Shown in pieces: positions 1-10,314 of a stretch of DNA of 64,000 nucleotides. Positions within the stretch are counted from its first letter, which is position 1, and each line of letters starts with the position of its first letter. This stretch comes from Nitrosomonas sp. (GTDB lineage: Bacteria; Pseudomonadota; Gammaproteobacteria; Burkholderiales; Nitrosomonadaceae): NCBI RefSeq assembly GCF_019752415.1, contig NZ_JAIEME010000039.1, forward strand, positions 5,241-69,240, in the 5' to 3' direction. The position numbers and the translations under genes were made by a program. Below the pieces are notes generated by a model that did no database searches, was not told where the DNA came from, and was given only the letters and a program-made list of their open reading frames with translations.

Positions 1-145
1 AATATCAAATACCCCGTCTAGTTATAAGGTCATCTACTTTGTATAATGAAAAAGTAAACTAGCCCAATTGTTTGATTCTTTTTGGCATATAAATAGTAAA
101 TCAGCATTCGCTAGCTCAAGAAGCGAATGGAAAGAAAGATGAATA

Positions 146-3100
146 ATGAAAATATGCAAGACAATTGCGATTTATTTGTTCTACAGAAAAGTATCGGCAG
201 TGATATTCACTGTTTTTGCGGCGACTTTTTTTGGATCACCTATAGGCAAAGCTTATGCGACAACCTCCTGCCAGCCGGAAGTTGCCCGAGTCGTATCCAT
301 GCAAGGTATTATCGAACTGCGCCGAGCGCAAGAAAAAGTTTGGCAAAAAACTAGCATGGATACAATACTTTGCGCGGGCGACATGATTCGTGCTCGATCG
401 CAAAGTCGGGCAGCACTACGTTTAAGTAACGATAGCATGTTGCGACTTGATCAAAAAACCAGTATTACTTTTCCTGCATTACAAGAAGCTAGAGATACAT
501 CACTGCTGGATTTATTTGAAGGCGCGATCCATATCATTACGCGCACTCCTAAGCCCTTTAAAATAAGAACACCTTTCGTCAATGCGAGTGTCGAAGGGAC
601 GGAATTTTTGGTCGCCCTGCATGAGGACAGTGCAAGAATTGTTGTCTATGAGGGCAAAGTATCTGCCAGCAATGATCGGGGCAGCCTTATTCTAAATGAT
701 CACGAGGCAGCCATTACACCCAAGGATCAAGCGCCGCGTAAAGAAATTATCATTCACCCAACCGATGCCGTGCAGTGGGCACTCTATTACCCAGAGATCT
801 TAGATTACTGGCAGAGCAATGAATTAAAAGATGGGAACGATGTTAGTGCTCTGATCCGCCACGCAAGCCGTTTATTGACTGTCGGGCAGGCTGATAAAGC
901 CAAAGAAAATATCCAGCAAGTGCTTCAACTTGAATCGGACAACAGTGACGCGCATGCACTGCTTGCGATCATCGCCGTAGTGCAAAATGAAAAAGATCAA
1001 GCGCTCGATTTAGCGACAAAAGCAGTTACACTGAACTCAGATTCCGCTGTTGCACACCTGGCACTCTCCTATACCCAACAAGCCCATTTTGAGATCACAG
1101 CAGCATTAGAAAGTGTACAAAAAGCAATTACACTAGATCCAAAAAACGCGCTTGCCTGGGCACGCTCGGCCGAATTACAAATGTCTTTAGGTGATCTGGG
1201 TCGCGCCTTGGATGCAGCGCAGCATGCCGTGAACTTGGATCCTGATCTGGCGAAAACACAAACCATATTAGGTTTTGCACATCTACTGCAAATCGATACT
1301 AAAACAGCAAAAACTATCTTTGCCCAAGCCATTGTGCTGGATCAAGCCGATCCGATGCCGAGGCTTGGTTTAGGACTAGCCTTGATACGCGAAGGTGAAT
1401 TGGAAGCTGGCCGAATAGAACTGGAAATTGCAGCCAGCCTGGATCCGGCCAATTCTTTGATTCGAAGTTACTTGGGCAAGGCCTACTTTGAGGAGAAACG
1501 ATATACCCTTGCAGGTACTCAGTTTGATTTGGCCAAGGAGCGTGACCCCAAAGATCCAACGCCATGGTTCTATGATGCGATTCAAAAACAAACCCAGAAT
1601 CGACCAATTGAGGCTCTGCAAGATATCCAAAAATCCATTGAGTTGAACAATAACCGCGCGGTATACCGATCCAAGTTTTTGCTGGATCGTGATGAAGCCG
1701 CGCGTGGCTCAAGTCTGGCAAGAATTTTTGAGAATTTAGGATTTGAAAAACGTGCGTTAATGGAGACCGCAAAATCATTAAGCTTCGATCCATCCAGTCA
1801 TTCGGCGCACCGTTTTTTATCCGATACCTACGCCAATATCTCTAGACATGAGGCTGCACGCGTCAGTGAATTACTGCAAGCGCAGCTTTTACAGCCCATT
1901 AACGTCAATCCAGTGCAACCGCACATGGTAGTAGCGGATTTAAATATTATCACTAACACAGGCCCATCGAATCCAGGATTTAATGAGTTCACGCCTTTAA
2001 TGGAGCGAAGTAAGCCACAATTGGTTACGTCGGGCGTGGTAGGAAACAATGGTAGCCTGGGCAATGAAGTGGTTTTCTCTAAATTTAACGAACGCACATC
2101 GATTAGTCTGGGGCAATTCCATTATGAAACCAGCGGCTTTCGCACCAACAATGATCAAAACCATGATATTCTCAATGTTTTCGTTCAACATGCCTTAACA
2201 TCCAAATTGAACATACAAGCGGAAATACGCACTCGTTCAACGAATCAAGGTAATTTATTGCTGGATTTTGAAAAAGATTCCATTGATCCTAAGGCACCCC
2301 AAAATCAAACGCACCGAAAAATTAATGAAGATGTCGCACGTATCGGCGCACGATACGACTTGACGCATAATCAGAATATTATCTTTTCAGGTCAATTTCT
2401 TGATGGAGATTTACAAAACGTTCAGGGAATATCTCCAAGCTTTATTCACGCAAGCCATCAGAAAAATGAAGGATATCAAACTGAAGCGCAATATCAGTTT
2501 CGTAGCTCATGGTTCAATATTCTTGCCGGATCAGGTATTTATCGTATTGATGCCAGTCAGAAATCCGGTAAAAAAGATTTGGATACTAACCAAGTTAATT
2601 TCTTTGGGGCTAGCCCTGTACATTTTAATCGTGACAGAACAAATGGTTATATCTACACCAATCTCAATTTTAACGAAAACATAAATACAACGATCGGTTT
2701 TAGTTACGATTCGTTTAAAAGAGGAGAATCCTCGATTAGTGACTTTAATCCAAAATTTGGCCTGCAATGGAATTTTGCTAATCATTTCCGATTCCGCATG
2801 GCCTGGCTTGAAACTATCAAAGCTCCGCTTACGACTCTACAAACGATTGAACCCACCCAAGTTGCTGGCTTTAATCAATTATTTGACGATCCTGACGGCA
2901 CCAAATCTCGCCGGATGGGGATTGGACTAGATGCTCACTATGGAAACAAGTTATTTAGTGGTTTTGAATTATCAAACCGAAATTTGTATGTTCCATCTTT
3001 CACTCTCTCTAGTATCAATTTTCAAGATCAAAAAGAAAACCTTTATCGAGCTTATGTATATGGTTTGCTTCATACCAGCTGGGCAGCAAAAAGTGAAATC

Positions 3101-3466
3101 CAATTTGAGAAATTTTCACGTTTACCAACTAACGACGGGCCTCATCAGATTGATACGTTAAGTATCCCCTCCAGCATCAATTATTTTAATCCCATTGGTT
3201 TCTTCGCCAATGTAACTGGTACTTTTGTTCATCAGGAAGTTGATCGTATGAAAATGATTAACAAAGGAATCGATAAATTTTTTCTTGTCGATGCATCAGT
3301 GGGATATCGGCTTCCAAAACGCAGGGGAATTTTTAGTATAGAAGCGAGAAATATTTTTAATGAGGATTTTTTATTTCGAAATCCTCATTTTGAGACATCA
3401 GAATTATTTAATTCGCGTTTTATTCCTACACGCACAGTTTTTGCCCGATTCACATTAAATTTTTAA
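146..3466 (+). CDS. FecR-domain / TPR-repeat protein with C-terminal beta-barrel-like region
   Basis: 1106-aa ORF. N-terminal hydrophobic signal-like segment ending GKAYA. FecR-like block (ARVVSMQG..GDMIRA..RLDQKTSITF..ASVEGTEFLV..VYEGKV). A/L/D-rich TPR-like repeats at aa ~230-520. C-terminal ~450 aa of alternating aromatic/polar stretches ending ARFTLNF, with a terminal Phe as in outer-membrane barrels. Confidence 0.7.
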   Translation: MKICKTIAIYLFYRKVSAVIFTVFAATFFGSPIGKAYATTSCQPEVARVVSMQGIIELRRAQEKVWQKTSMDTILCAGDMIRARSQSRAALRLSNDSMLRLDQKTSITFPALQEARDTSLLDLFEGAIHIITRTPKPFKIRTPFVNASVEGTEFLVALHEDSARIVVYEGKVSASNDRGSLILNDHEAAITPKDQAPRKEIIIHPTDAVQWALYYPEILDYWQSNELKDGNDVSALIRHASRLLTVGQADKAKENIQQVLQLESDNSDAHALLAIIAVVQNEKDQALDLATKAVTLNSDSAVAHLALSYTQQAHFEITAALESVQKAITLDPKNALAWARSAELQMSLGDLGRALDAAQHAVNLDPDLAKTQTILGFAHLLQIDTKTAKTIFAQAIVLDQADPMPRLGLGLALIREGELEAGRIELEIAASLDPANSLIRSYLGKAYFEEKRYTLAGTQFDLAKERDPKDPTPWFYDAIQKQTQNRPIEALQDIQKSIELNNNRAVYRSKFLLDRDEAARGSSLARIFENLGFEKRALMETAKSLSFDPSSHSAHRFLSDTYANISRHEAARVSELLQAQLLQPINVNPVQPHMVVADLNIITNTGPSNPGFNEFTPLMERSKPQLVTSGVVGNNGSLGNEVVFSKFNERTSISLGQFHYETSGFRTNNDQNHDILNVFVQHALTSKLNIQAEIRTRSTNQGNLLLDFEKDSIDPKAPQNQTHRKINEDVARIGARYDLTHNQNIIFSGQFLDGDLQNVQGISPSFIHASHQKNEGYQTEAQYQFRSSWFNILAGSGIYRIDASQKSGKKDLDTNQVNFFGASPVHFNRDRTNGYIYTNLNFNENINTTIGFSYDSFKRGESSISDFNPKFGLQWNFANHFRFRMAWLETIKAPLTTLQTIEPTQVAGFNQLFDDPDGTKSRRMGIGLDAHYGNKLFSGFELSNRNLYVPSFTLSSINFQDQKENLYRAYVYGLLHTSWAAKSEIQFEKFSRLPTNDGPHQIDTLSIPSSINYFNPIGFFANVTGTFVHQEVDRMKMINKGIDKFFLVDASVGYRLPKRRGIFSIEARNIFNEDFLFRNPHFETSELFNSRFIPTRTVFARFTLNF

Positions 3467-3482
3467 GAGGAGAAAAAGTAAC

Positions 3483-4262
3483 ATGATGAATACTAAGCGG
3501 CTAGTTACAATATTTTTGTTTTATTGCTTCGTTTTTTTATCTATAGGATGCACAGAACAACAAAAAGAAACAAAAAATGACATGAAAGAATTCACAAAAA
3601 ATATCGATGAGGCTGTTGATAAAATAGAGGAAAGTGTTGAGCAGAGATTTCTAGATTTAGCCACTAATTTTATAAAATTAACACCTGAGCTCTCTCATAA
3701 ACTTGAGAAGAAAGCTGGTTTTAAGTTCTCTCAAGTTATTCTTATTAATAGTGAAACCGGGGAAAATAAATTCATGATACATGATGAATTTGGCCTTTCG
3801 GCTAACGAAAATGTTTCTGAAATCAGAAATATTACACCTATTTCAGTTGTCGGAGTTTCCGGCGTAGAGATTGATAAAAAAACCTATGAGTCTTGCAATT
3901 ATGTTAGCTTTGATTCGGAAACCAGATTAATTTGCAAGCGAGGTGCCGATCAGCCATCACCCGGAGATCCAACTGATCCAATTGAGAGTTTCCCAACAGA
4001 ACTTGCTACAGAAATTGAGCGTGCTTCCGGTATCAATAACGTTGGTTTTCTATTGTTTTCTGACTATGCTACAGGAAAACTAAAAATAGTTAGCAGTCAG
4101 AATTACATAAGTTTTCATGACCAGCTACCGAAATCTGTTTCAGCAATTAACAATGGCTTATCTTGGAGTGTTACAACCTACAAACAGAATCCTTGTTGCA
4201 CATCTATTATGATAGGCTCAGAAAAACAGAAAGTATGCAACAATTCGGTTCTTCGTTGCTAA
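3483..4262 (+). CDS. putative lipoprotein, unknown function
   Basis: 259-aa ORF starting 17 nt after the previous stop, with AAGAGGAG upstream. Signal peptide with lipobox-like LSIGC. Cys-rich C-terminus. Confidence 0.55.
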   Translation: MMNTKRLVTIFLFYCFVFLSIGCTEQQKETKNDMKEFTKNIDEAVDKIEESVEQRFLDLATNFIKLTPELSHKLEKKAGFKFSQVILINSETGENKFMIHDEFGLSANENVSEIRNITPISVVGVSGVEIDKKTYESCNYVSFDSETRLICKRGADQPSPGDPTDPIESFPTELATEIERASGINNVGFLLFSDYATGKLKIVSSQNYISFHDQLPKSVSAINNGLSWSVTTYKQNPCCTSIMIGSEKQKVCNNSVLRC

Positions 4263-4336
4263 CGATAGTTGTTGATGTTTCAGAAAACTCAGGTAATCGA
4301 AGTTACCTGAGTTAATTAAATTGTTTGCAACTTGAA

Positions 4337-5080
4337 TCAGGCTGTCGCTAATCCAAGATAACTGTGATCAAGGATCCCGAAAAGATCACCTGTCCAATAT
4401 TTCTCTAAAGTATTAACGGCTGCGTCTGTTACTTTATCTACTAACTGCTCATCGTTCCAAACAATTGGTATGGGCGGCTCTTTTAACGCCGCAAGAAGTA
4501 AAACTTGGAAATCCTCACTATTACCATTTTCGGGAAATGCGATAATTTGATCGAACTCGGATTCATCAAGCGTTGAGAATATATTAATCAGTGTGCCATA
4601 GAATAATGATTCAATATTTTCACTTATAGCTTCGATATTATCAATATGCTCTACACCCAGCTCACCCGAAGTATAAAGACTATCTTTAAGTTGAAGATCT
4701 GGAAAAGATGATACAAAAGTCTCGTCATAATTAGCGTAATCGAGACTATCAATCTTCGGTTTAACAATTGCACGCAAAGAGGCATTCGACAAAATTCCTT
4801 CTCGTGTATTGAAAGCAACAATATCTTCCAATGAGCCTAAATCAGAATTCACCAATTTGCTCTTATCTAATAACTTGCTCCAGTCTGGATTTACGTCGAC
4901 AAAATATTTCTGAACATTGTCTCTTGAATAGCCCGATATTTCACTCAGCATCCTGGTGGTTACGCCATATTCAGATGCTGTTTTGAAGATTCTCTGGGGA
5001 TCCCCAATATTCGCATTAACAAAGTTATTTGCTTGCTCGACTCTAATTCCTAGATCAGTCAAGTATTTTTCTGCCAACAT
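4337..5080 (-). CDS. hypothetical protein
   Basis: 247-aa uninterrupted ORF, acidic, no motif I recognise. Divergent from the Crp-family gene. Confidence 0.45.
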   Translation of the reverse strand: MLAEKYLTDLGIRVEQANNFVNANIGDPQRIFKTASEYGVTTRMLSEISGYSRDNVQKYFVDVNPDWSKLLDKSKLVNSDLGSLEDIVAFNTREGILSNASLRAIVKPKIDSLDYANYDETFVSSFPDLQLKDSLYTSGELGVEHIDNIEAISENIESLFYGTLINIFSTLDESEFDQIIAFPENGNSEDFQVLLLAALKEPPIPIVWNDEQLVDKVTDAAVNTLEKYWTGDLFGILDHSYLGLATA

Positions 5081-5268
5081 GAGACAATCTCCTATGTAAC
5101 TATATAGTTTAATTGTTAATTCTATGCCATTTTAGCATTCAATAGGGCAATTTAATCTAAAAGGCATTTTGCAAAACAAATGCATATCTTAGTAAAGTGC
5201 ATCTTCTTATCTTTTATAATGAACTTATTTTATGTAGTTAGGATTGAAGGAATTGATGAGGAATCCAA

Positions 5269-5994
5269 ATGACCACAAGAAATATTCCACCTGAGCGTGG
5301 TTGTGCCATACTTTCGATCATCAAAGAGTTTAAAGGCCTGTCTTCCTCTGATCTGGAAACGATCGCGCAAGTCTGTCATTGGCATCGCTATGAGGCCGGC
5401 GAGGAGATTGTTAGGTATCATGACGATTCCAATAGTGTTTTCTTTATCACGCAAGGCGAAATGCGTGTGCACTACTATTCGATGTCGGGGCAAGAAGTTA
5501 TTTTATGCGATCTGCCTGCGGGTGAGCTATTTGGTGAGTTAACAGCAATTGATAGTCGTTCACGTTCTGCAACCGTTGTCGCTAAAACAAGTTCATTAGT
5601 AGCGTCAATTTCCTCACCAGATTTCCTCGAGCTGATTTATCACAACCAGAAGATCGCATTTGCTATTTTGCAGCGATTAACCGAGCAGATACGTCGACTG
5701 ACTGAGCGTGTCTTTGAATTCAGCACCTTGGCTGTGCGGAATCGTATCCAGGCTGAGCTACTGCGCCTGGCAAAAAAACAAACTACCGGATCTAATATCG
5801 TCATTATTTCACCCGTACCAACACATGTTGAATTGGCGAATCTGGTTAGTACACATCGTGAAGCAGTCACACGAGAATTAAATAATTTGGAAAGAGCCAA
5901 TTTAATTCTGCGCAAAGACCATGAGCTGCATATTCTTGATATCGCAAAGCTAACAAAGATGGTTGAGAATGTTAATGAAAAGTGTAGCCCATGA
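5269..5994 (+). CDS. Crp/Fnr-family transcriptional regulator
   Basis: 241 aa. Cyclic-nucleotide-binding-like N-terminal domain (GEEIVRYHDDSNSVFFITQGEMRV..GELFGELTAIDSRSRSATVVA). C-terminal HTH (THVELANLVSTHREAVTRELNNL). Confidence 0.8.
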   Translation: MTTRNIPPERGCAILSIIKEFKGLSSSDLETIAQVCHWHRYEAGEEIVRYHDDSNSVFFITQGEMRVHYYSMSGQEVILCDLPAGELFGELTAIDSRSRSATVVAKTSSLVASISSPDFLELIYHNQKIAFAILQRLTEQIRRLTERVFEFSTLAVRNRIQAELLRLAKKQTTGSNIVIISPVPTHVELANLVSTHREAVTRELNNLERANLILRKDHELHILDIAKLTKMVENVNEKCSP

Positions 5995-6089
5995 AATTTT
6001 CTTGTTATCGCTCATTGAGTGAGAACGATTTTAGTCACTATCTGGGTACAGTCTAGCCGGACAAAGAAAGACAGTTCAGATAGTAAAAC

Positions 6090-6117
6090 ATCCCTGCAGC
6101 ATGTATGCTGCAGGGAT
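6090..6117. terminator. perfect 13+13 palindrome (ATCCCTGCAGCAT GT ATGCTGCAGGGAT), possible bidirectional terminator or protein site
   Basis: Read directly and anchored on ORF 6019. Lies about 95 nt downstream of the Crp-family gene. Confidence 0.35.
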
Positions 6118-6275
6118 GTTAATGAAATGTTTTCCAATCTTTCAGTTTCCACCACAAGCATGTGGCCAAATAAATGCGGAATAAACCCGCATAAATTAAA
6201 TATCAAGATGCTTATTTCTGTTCTCTGTCATGGTCTCCTTCCTTGATGGTCAAGATTTCCTTCCTTAAAATGTCC

Positions 6276-6422
6276 TAACAGGCCGTTGAAAAACGTTTTT
6301 GAGGCAGCCGATGCAAGGCAAAAATAGGCGAAAAAGCGTAGTTTATGCTTAATAAATGAGCATTTTTAGCCTGTTTTTTAACACCGCAGCGGCAATGCAG
6401 ATAGTTTTTCAACGGCCTGCTA
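6276..6422. repeat. MITE-like palindromic element, family A, copy 1
   Basis: ~147 bp with terminal inverted repeats (T)A(A/G)CAGGCCGTTGAAAAAC ... GTTTTTCAACGGCCTG(C/T)TA and an internally self-complementary core (AAAAACAGGC...GCCTGTTTTT). Near-identical copies at 46851-46996 and 48246-48391. Confidence 0.8.
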
Positions 6423-6472
6423 AATATCGCAAAGTCTTTTTTCATGCATTCTTAGCAACAACGCGCCCAAGC

Positions 6473-6706
6473 TTACGGGCTTAAAACATTAACGCTTGAA
6501 CGGTTAAACGGGAACAAAGAAGTATGTTCTGAAGAAACTTTCTTATTTTGTAATGCAACAACTTGTTCAGGAAAAGAAGATTCCTTCGCGAATACGATCT
6601 TAGGTAATCCAAATGAAAGAATTGCTAAAATTAAAAATGTGATTAGTAAAATATAGCCATTAAGGCTTTCCGCAAAAAATGTGTGATACAAATTTATATG
6701 CAACAT
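6473..6706 (-). CDS. small hypothetical exported/membrane protein downstream of the MtrB-like gene
   Basis: 77-aa ORF with one hydrophobic segment ending LPKIVFAKE, resembling the signal-peptide end of the decaheme protein (LPKYVFAED). No heme motif. Confidence 0.3.
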   Translation of the reverse strand: MLHINLYHTFFAESLNGYILLITFLILAILSFGLPKIVFAKESSFPEQVVALQNKKVSSEHTSLFPFNRSSVNVLSP

Positions 6707-6847
6707 TATTTACTCACCTTTATTAATTAATGCAGATAAATCGAATTGAATAATAATGCTATGATTTACCTTTGTCTGTGAGAAAATTCACATGAGGTAA
6801 TTTGAGCAATTTCCAGACAGCACTAACGCACGAAAAAACGGATTTAT

Positions 6848-8998
6848 TTATTGCCAGCTATAAAGAACTGAAAGAAAGGCGAAGCTAGCCATTTGGTTGG
6901 TGTCTTGAGTCAGTGTGGTGCCATCGGTATAACGCCATCCCGTCCAAGTCCATTCATTGGTTTTAAAGTGATCAAGAATGTAATCCAAGCGTACACCTAA
7001 GTTCCTGCGGATATCGTATCTGGCGAATAGCCGCAAGTTGGAGTACTGCGTTGTGAGATTCGGTACAATATTTACTTGCGGCTCAAGTGTAACTTTTTGA
7101 TTGAATTTATCGGTGTTATCCGAGAACATGAAATTTGCGCCAGTTTCAAGTTTGTCGGTTGGTTTGGCGGTGACTTCCAAGCCAACAGATGTGCCTATGT
7201 TATGCAGATTGGCCCCCCAAATTTCACGAATTCCGCTGTCCGTAATCGCGTTTCTGGAAGCCTGATTAATATGGGTTTCATTTCGTGAGAGCCATGCTGT
7301 AGCTTGCAGCCGCTCAGAAAATGTATAGGTAGCATCTAGTGAATAATTTCTTGCGGAACCTTTGCGCAACCCCAGATCCGAGCCTGCCCGATGGCCATAA
7401 TTATCAAACGATTCATCAATCGAAACTTGTATTGATAATGAATCAATCGGATCCCAGTTAGCCAGAAAGCGGACTTTATCCCGGGCACGATCAGCAAGAT
7501 TGGACGGTGCGATAAGATTAAAGAACGGATCGCCGGAACCTGTCGTATTCGTTAGAAAACTTGAACCGAAACGATCGCTGTGTATATATGAAATCGTACC
7601 AGTAATTGTCTCAGATAACGAGCGGCGAAGTTCTGCGCGATAGGAAAGCTCATCGGTTCTGAAGCGATGACCGGTATTGGTGGCCGTCCCGGTGCGGTCT
7701 CTGTGTTCATAGTCAACACTGCCTACCAAACGAAAATTATGCGGTAGTGCATAGCTTGCTTCAAATTTGCTGGTTATTGTTCTGAAAGAGCGTGGATTGT
7801 TCAGACCATTCCATCTGTTTCCGTTTAAATCATCATGCCAAGCTGCCATAGGGTTATAAAATAAAACAGGCGTTTTGTCGTCTCGGTCCTCGAAGCGAAA
7901 ATTGGTATTTATCGATAATTTTTGTAGCGGCCGCGCTGTTAATCCGGCCTGTGCGAGCGCAGTATCAACACGTCCGCCTAAATTGGAACCAATGCCGGGT
8001 GCGGTGAATAGCGATGGGGTGAATGTGTCTGTTTGGGTTGCTCGTGTATAAGCAACCTTGAACGTGCCACGAGTTGTCGGCGTAAAACTATATCCGCCCG
8101 ACAGAAACCCCTGATGCGATTGGTTATCTGGTGCAAGGGAAATCGGCGTATATTCACTGGGTGAAAAAATACCCCCAACGGTACTGCCGCCGACAGGAGT
8201 TAGTAATGCATTTTTGTTGTTATACATCGTCCCATAATAACCTCCGGACAATTGCAGATCTTTTCCTACATAATCTAGTGTAGTGCCAAAAATTCGGATG
8301 GTTGAGTTGATGGGCTCTGGAATAAATTCAAAGCCACCTATTGCTCTCGGGCTTGGCATACCATTAAAACCACTAAGCCGAGGCTCACCAAGACGGTTTC
8401 CGCGCCCAAAAATGCGATCCCCATCTTTTTCTTCATTACGAAAATGAAAATGAAGTTCAAGATTGCCAGGAAGGAATTTGTTAAAACCAAATCCAATCGA
8501 GTGGCGCTCGGTACTTAGCTGTGCAGGATTGCCCGTTGTTGGCGAAGTCGGAATGTGGGGATCAGTGGTGCCGATACCTGTAACCGCCGTATTGACAGTG
8601 AATGGCTCATAGCGAGGTGTCTGGCTATAATCGATAAAATAACCCCAGTTGCCTTGTTTGCTATGCTCAAAATGCACATCACGGTTTTGCAATCCTAAAT
8701 TGCGCCCCAGCAATTTAAACCATGTTCCTGTATCGTCATAGCGCTTGGATATATCGACATTAAAGATTCCATAAGGCCCTTCATTGCGCAAACCGGTATA
8801 CTGACCGAATCGCGCATTATCATTGAACAATTGGCCTGCACCGATATTGACGACACTTCTAGGTTTTGCGAGTTCTTTAACAGGATCATTATTTGTTTCC
8901 GACGAATATACCGAGGTTGTGGCCGCTAAGAATGTGAAAAATGCGATTGAATATTGAAACTTTCTTAGGTCAAGAGTAGCAGTAAACATTTTCTTCAC
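6848..8998 (-). CDS. MtrB/PioB-family decaheme-associated outer-membrane beta-barrel protein (MtoB/MtrB-like)
   Basis: 716 aa with a signal peptide. Gly/Tyr/Phe/Asn/Thr-rich alternating beta-strand pattern throughout. Starts 9 nt after the decaheme cytochrome gene, in the canonical mtrA-mtrB / mtoA-mtoB order. Confidence 0.7.
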   Translation of the reverse strand: MKKMFTATLDLRKFQYSIAFFTFLAATTSVYSSETNNDPVKELAKPRSVVNIGAGQLFNDNARFGQYTGLRNEGPYGIFNVDISKRYDDTGTWFKLLGRNLGLQNRDVHFEHSKQGNWGYFIDYSQTPRYEPFTVNTAVTGIGTTDPHIPTSPTTGNPAQLSTERHSIGFGFNKFLPGNLELHFHFRNEEKDGDRIFGRGNRLGEPRLSGFNGMPSPRAIGGFEFIPEPINSTIRIFGTTLDYVGKDLQLSGGYYGTMYNNKNALLTPVGGSTVGGIFSPSEYTPISLAPDNQSHQGFLSGGYSFTPTTRGTFKVAYTRATQTDTFTPSLFTAPGIGSNLGGRVDTALAQAGLTARPLQKLSINTNFRFEDRDDKTPVLFYNPMAAWHDDLNGNRWNGLNNPRSFRTITSKFEASYALPHNFRLVGSVDYEHRDRTGTATNTGHRFRTDELSYRAELRRSLSETITGTISYIHSDRFGSSFLTNTTGSGDPFFNLIAPSNLADRARDKVRFLANWDPIDSLSIQVSIDESFDNYGHRAGSDLGLRKGSARNYSLDATYTFSERLQATAWLSRNETHINQASRNAITDSGIREIWGANLHNIGTSVGLEVTAKPTDKLETGANFMFSDNTDKFNQKVTLEPQVNIVPNLTTQYSNLRLFARYDIRRNLGVRLDYILDHFKTNEWTWTGWRYTDGTTLTQDTNQMASFAFLSVLYSWQ

Positions 8999-9006
8999 CT
9001 CCTAGA

Positions 9007-9972
9007 TCAACGCTGAAACATGCTTTCATTGCGAATGTTTTCAGGCATATTGCTGCCGTGAATTTGTGTGTGGCAATTCAGGCATCCGCGAGCGAGGGTA
9101 TTTCTTGCATAAGCGCCAGTGAGTGTCCCGGAGCTGCCTTGGTGTGTGTTGGGTTCATGGCATTCCTGGCAAATGAATGGTGATCGAGTACGCAATAAAT
9201 TAGGCGCAGTCGTGCCATGAGGATTGTGGCAAATAGCACAATTTTCTTGTACCGGCGGGTGGTTGTAGACAAAAGGTCCGCGTTTTTCCATATGGCAGGT
9301 ATAGCAAGTATCGTTGACGTTATCTCGCACCATTTTGCTTGGACCGGCTGAACCGTGCGGATTGTGACAATCCGAACAAATCACTTTGCCTTCACGAATA
9401 GGGTGGCGATACGGACGGTTGATTAGTTGACGCATTTCTTTGTGGCAGTTAAAGCAAACCTCTGGCTGAGTAATCCGGTTGCGCACTTTGTCTTGCTCGG
9501 TATGAATTGTGTGGCAGGATGTACACGCAACATCGCGGTTAGCATGTGTGCTGCCAGACCAGTGCATACGCTTACCGCCTTGATGACAAGCTAAACAGGC
9601 GTTATTTCTTTCCTCAATAGAATTAACTGATTTTTTACCGAATGTTCTTTGAGGCATGGGTGCTTTGTGTGGAGTATCTTCATGATTTCCACCTTCGCCA
9701 TGGCAGCTGGTGCATGTCGGGGTTCGGTGATCAGCAGTGGTACCATGCTTGGTTTTCCCAATTGCAAGTATTGGATTATCACTACTCTCATCATGACATA
9801 CCGTACACTTACCATCTCCTTTCAGTATTAGATCTTGAGGGGGATCTGCATCGTCGAGATCCTCCGCGAAAACATACTTAGGAAGTATCAAAATACCAAT
9901 AACAAAAGAAATAGCTAATAGCCAAGACAGAATAATCTGTGCAGTCTTTGAATTGTCTAACATGCTTATCAC
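9007..9972 (-). CDS. periplasmic decaheme c-type cytochrome, DmsE/MtrA/MtoA family
   Basis: 321 aa with a signal peptide. Exactly ten CXXCH motifs (CTVCH, CTSCH, CLACH, CTSCH, CFNCH, CSDCH, CYTCH, CAICH, CQECH, CLNCH) at the size typical of MtrA-type proteins. Confidence 0.85.
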   Translation of the reverse strand: MISMLDNSKTAQIILSWLLAISFVIGILILPKYVFAEDLDDADPPQDLILKGDGKCTVCHDESSDNPILAIGKTKHGTTADHRTPTCTSCHGEGGNHEDTPHKAPMPQRTFGKKSVNSIEERNNACLACHQGGKRMHWSGSTHANRDVACTSCHTIHTEQDKVRNRITQPEVCFNCHKEMRQLINRPYRHPIREGKVICSDCHNPHGSAGPSKMVRDNVNDTCYTCHMEKRGPFVYNHPPVQENCAICHNPHGTTAPNLLRTRSPFICQECHEPNTHQGSSGTLTGAYARNTLARGCLNCHTQIHGSNMPENIRNESMFQR

Positions 9973-10314
9973 TCACTAAATTGATTATTAGAAATAAATC
10001 ATCTGTGAGCGCATTATTGATTTTTTCAAAGAAATTCTAAGTGAGTTTTCACACACTAAAAGTGAGATAAAATTCTGCAGGATAGAAAGTAGCCGGACAG
10101 CGTTTTAATGGTGAAGTATGCTGGTTGTTATCTAGTGGGTATGTGAATTGAATCCCCCGGTGATTCTGCTTGTTATTTCTGATACAACTTTATCTTTTAT
10201 ATAAAACTTCTTAGTGTTATAATTCAAAGCTTTTGTTGCGTCCCAATAGGGTGTGGAGCAAAATAGAATTCAATTGTATTTTTTATATAACTAACCAAAG
10301 GATTTTGCCTATTT

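Noticed and set aside
127-354. 75-aa ORF overlapping the start of the FecR/TPR gene.
   Set aside because: It is out of frame with, and nested in the 5' end of, the 1106-aa ORF. It has no independent support.
6012-6246. ORFs 6019-6246 (+) and 6012-6206 (-) downstream of the Crp-family gene.
   Set aside because: They are mirror-image ORFs spanning the 28-bp perfect palindrome. There is no SD sequence, and they are most likely non-coding terminator or spacer DNA.
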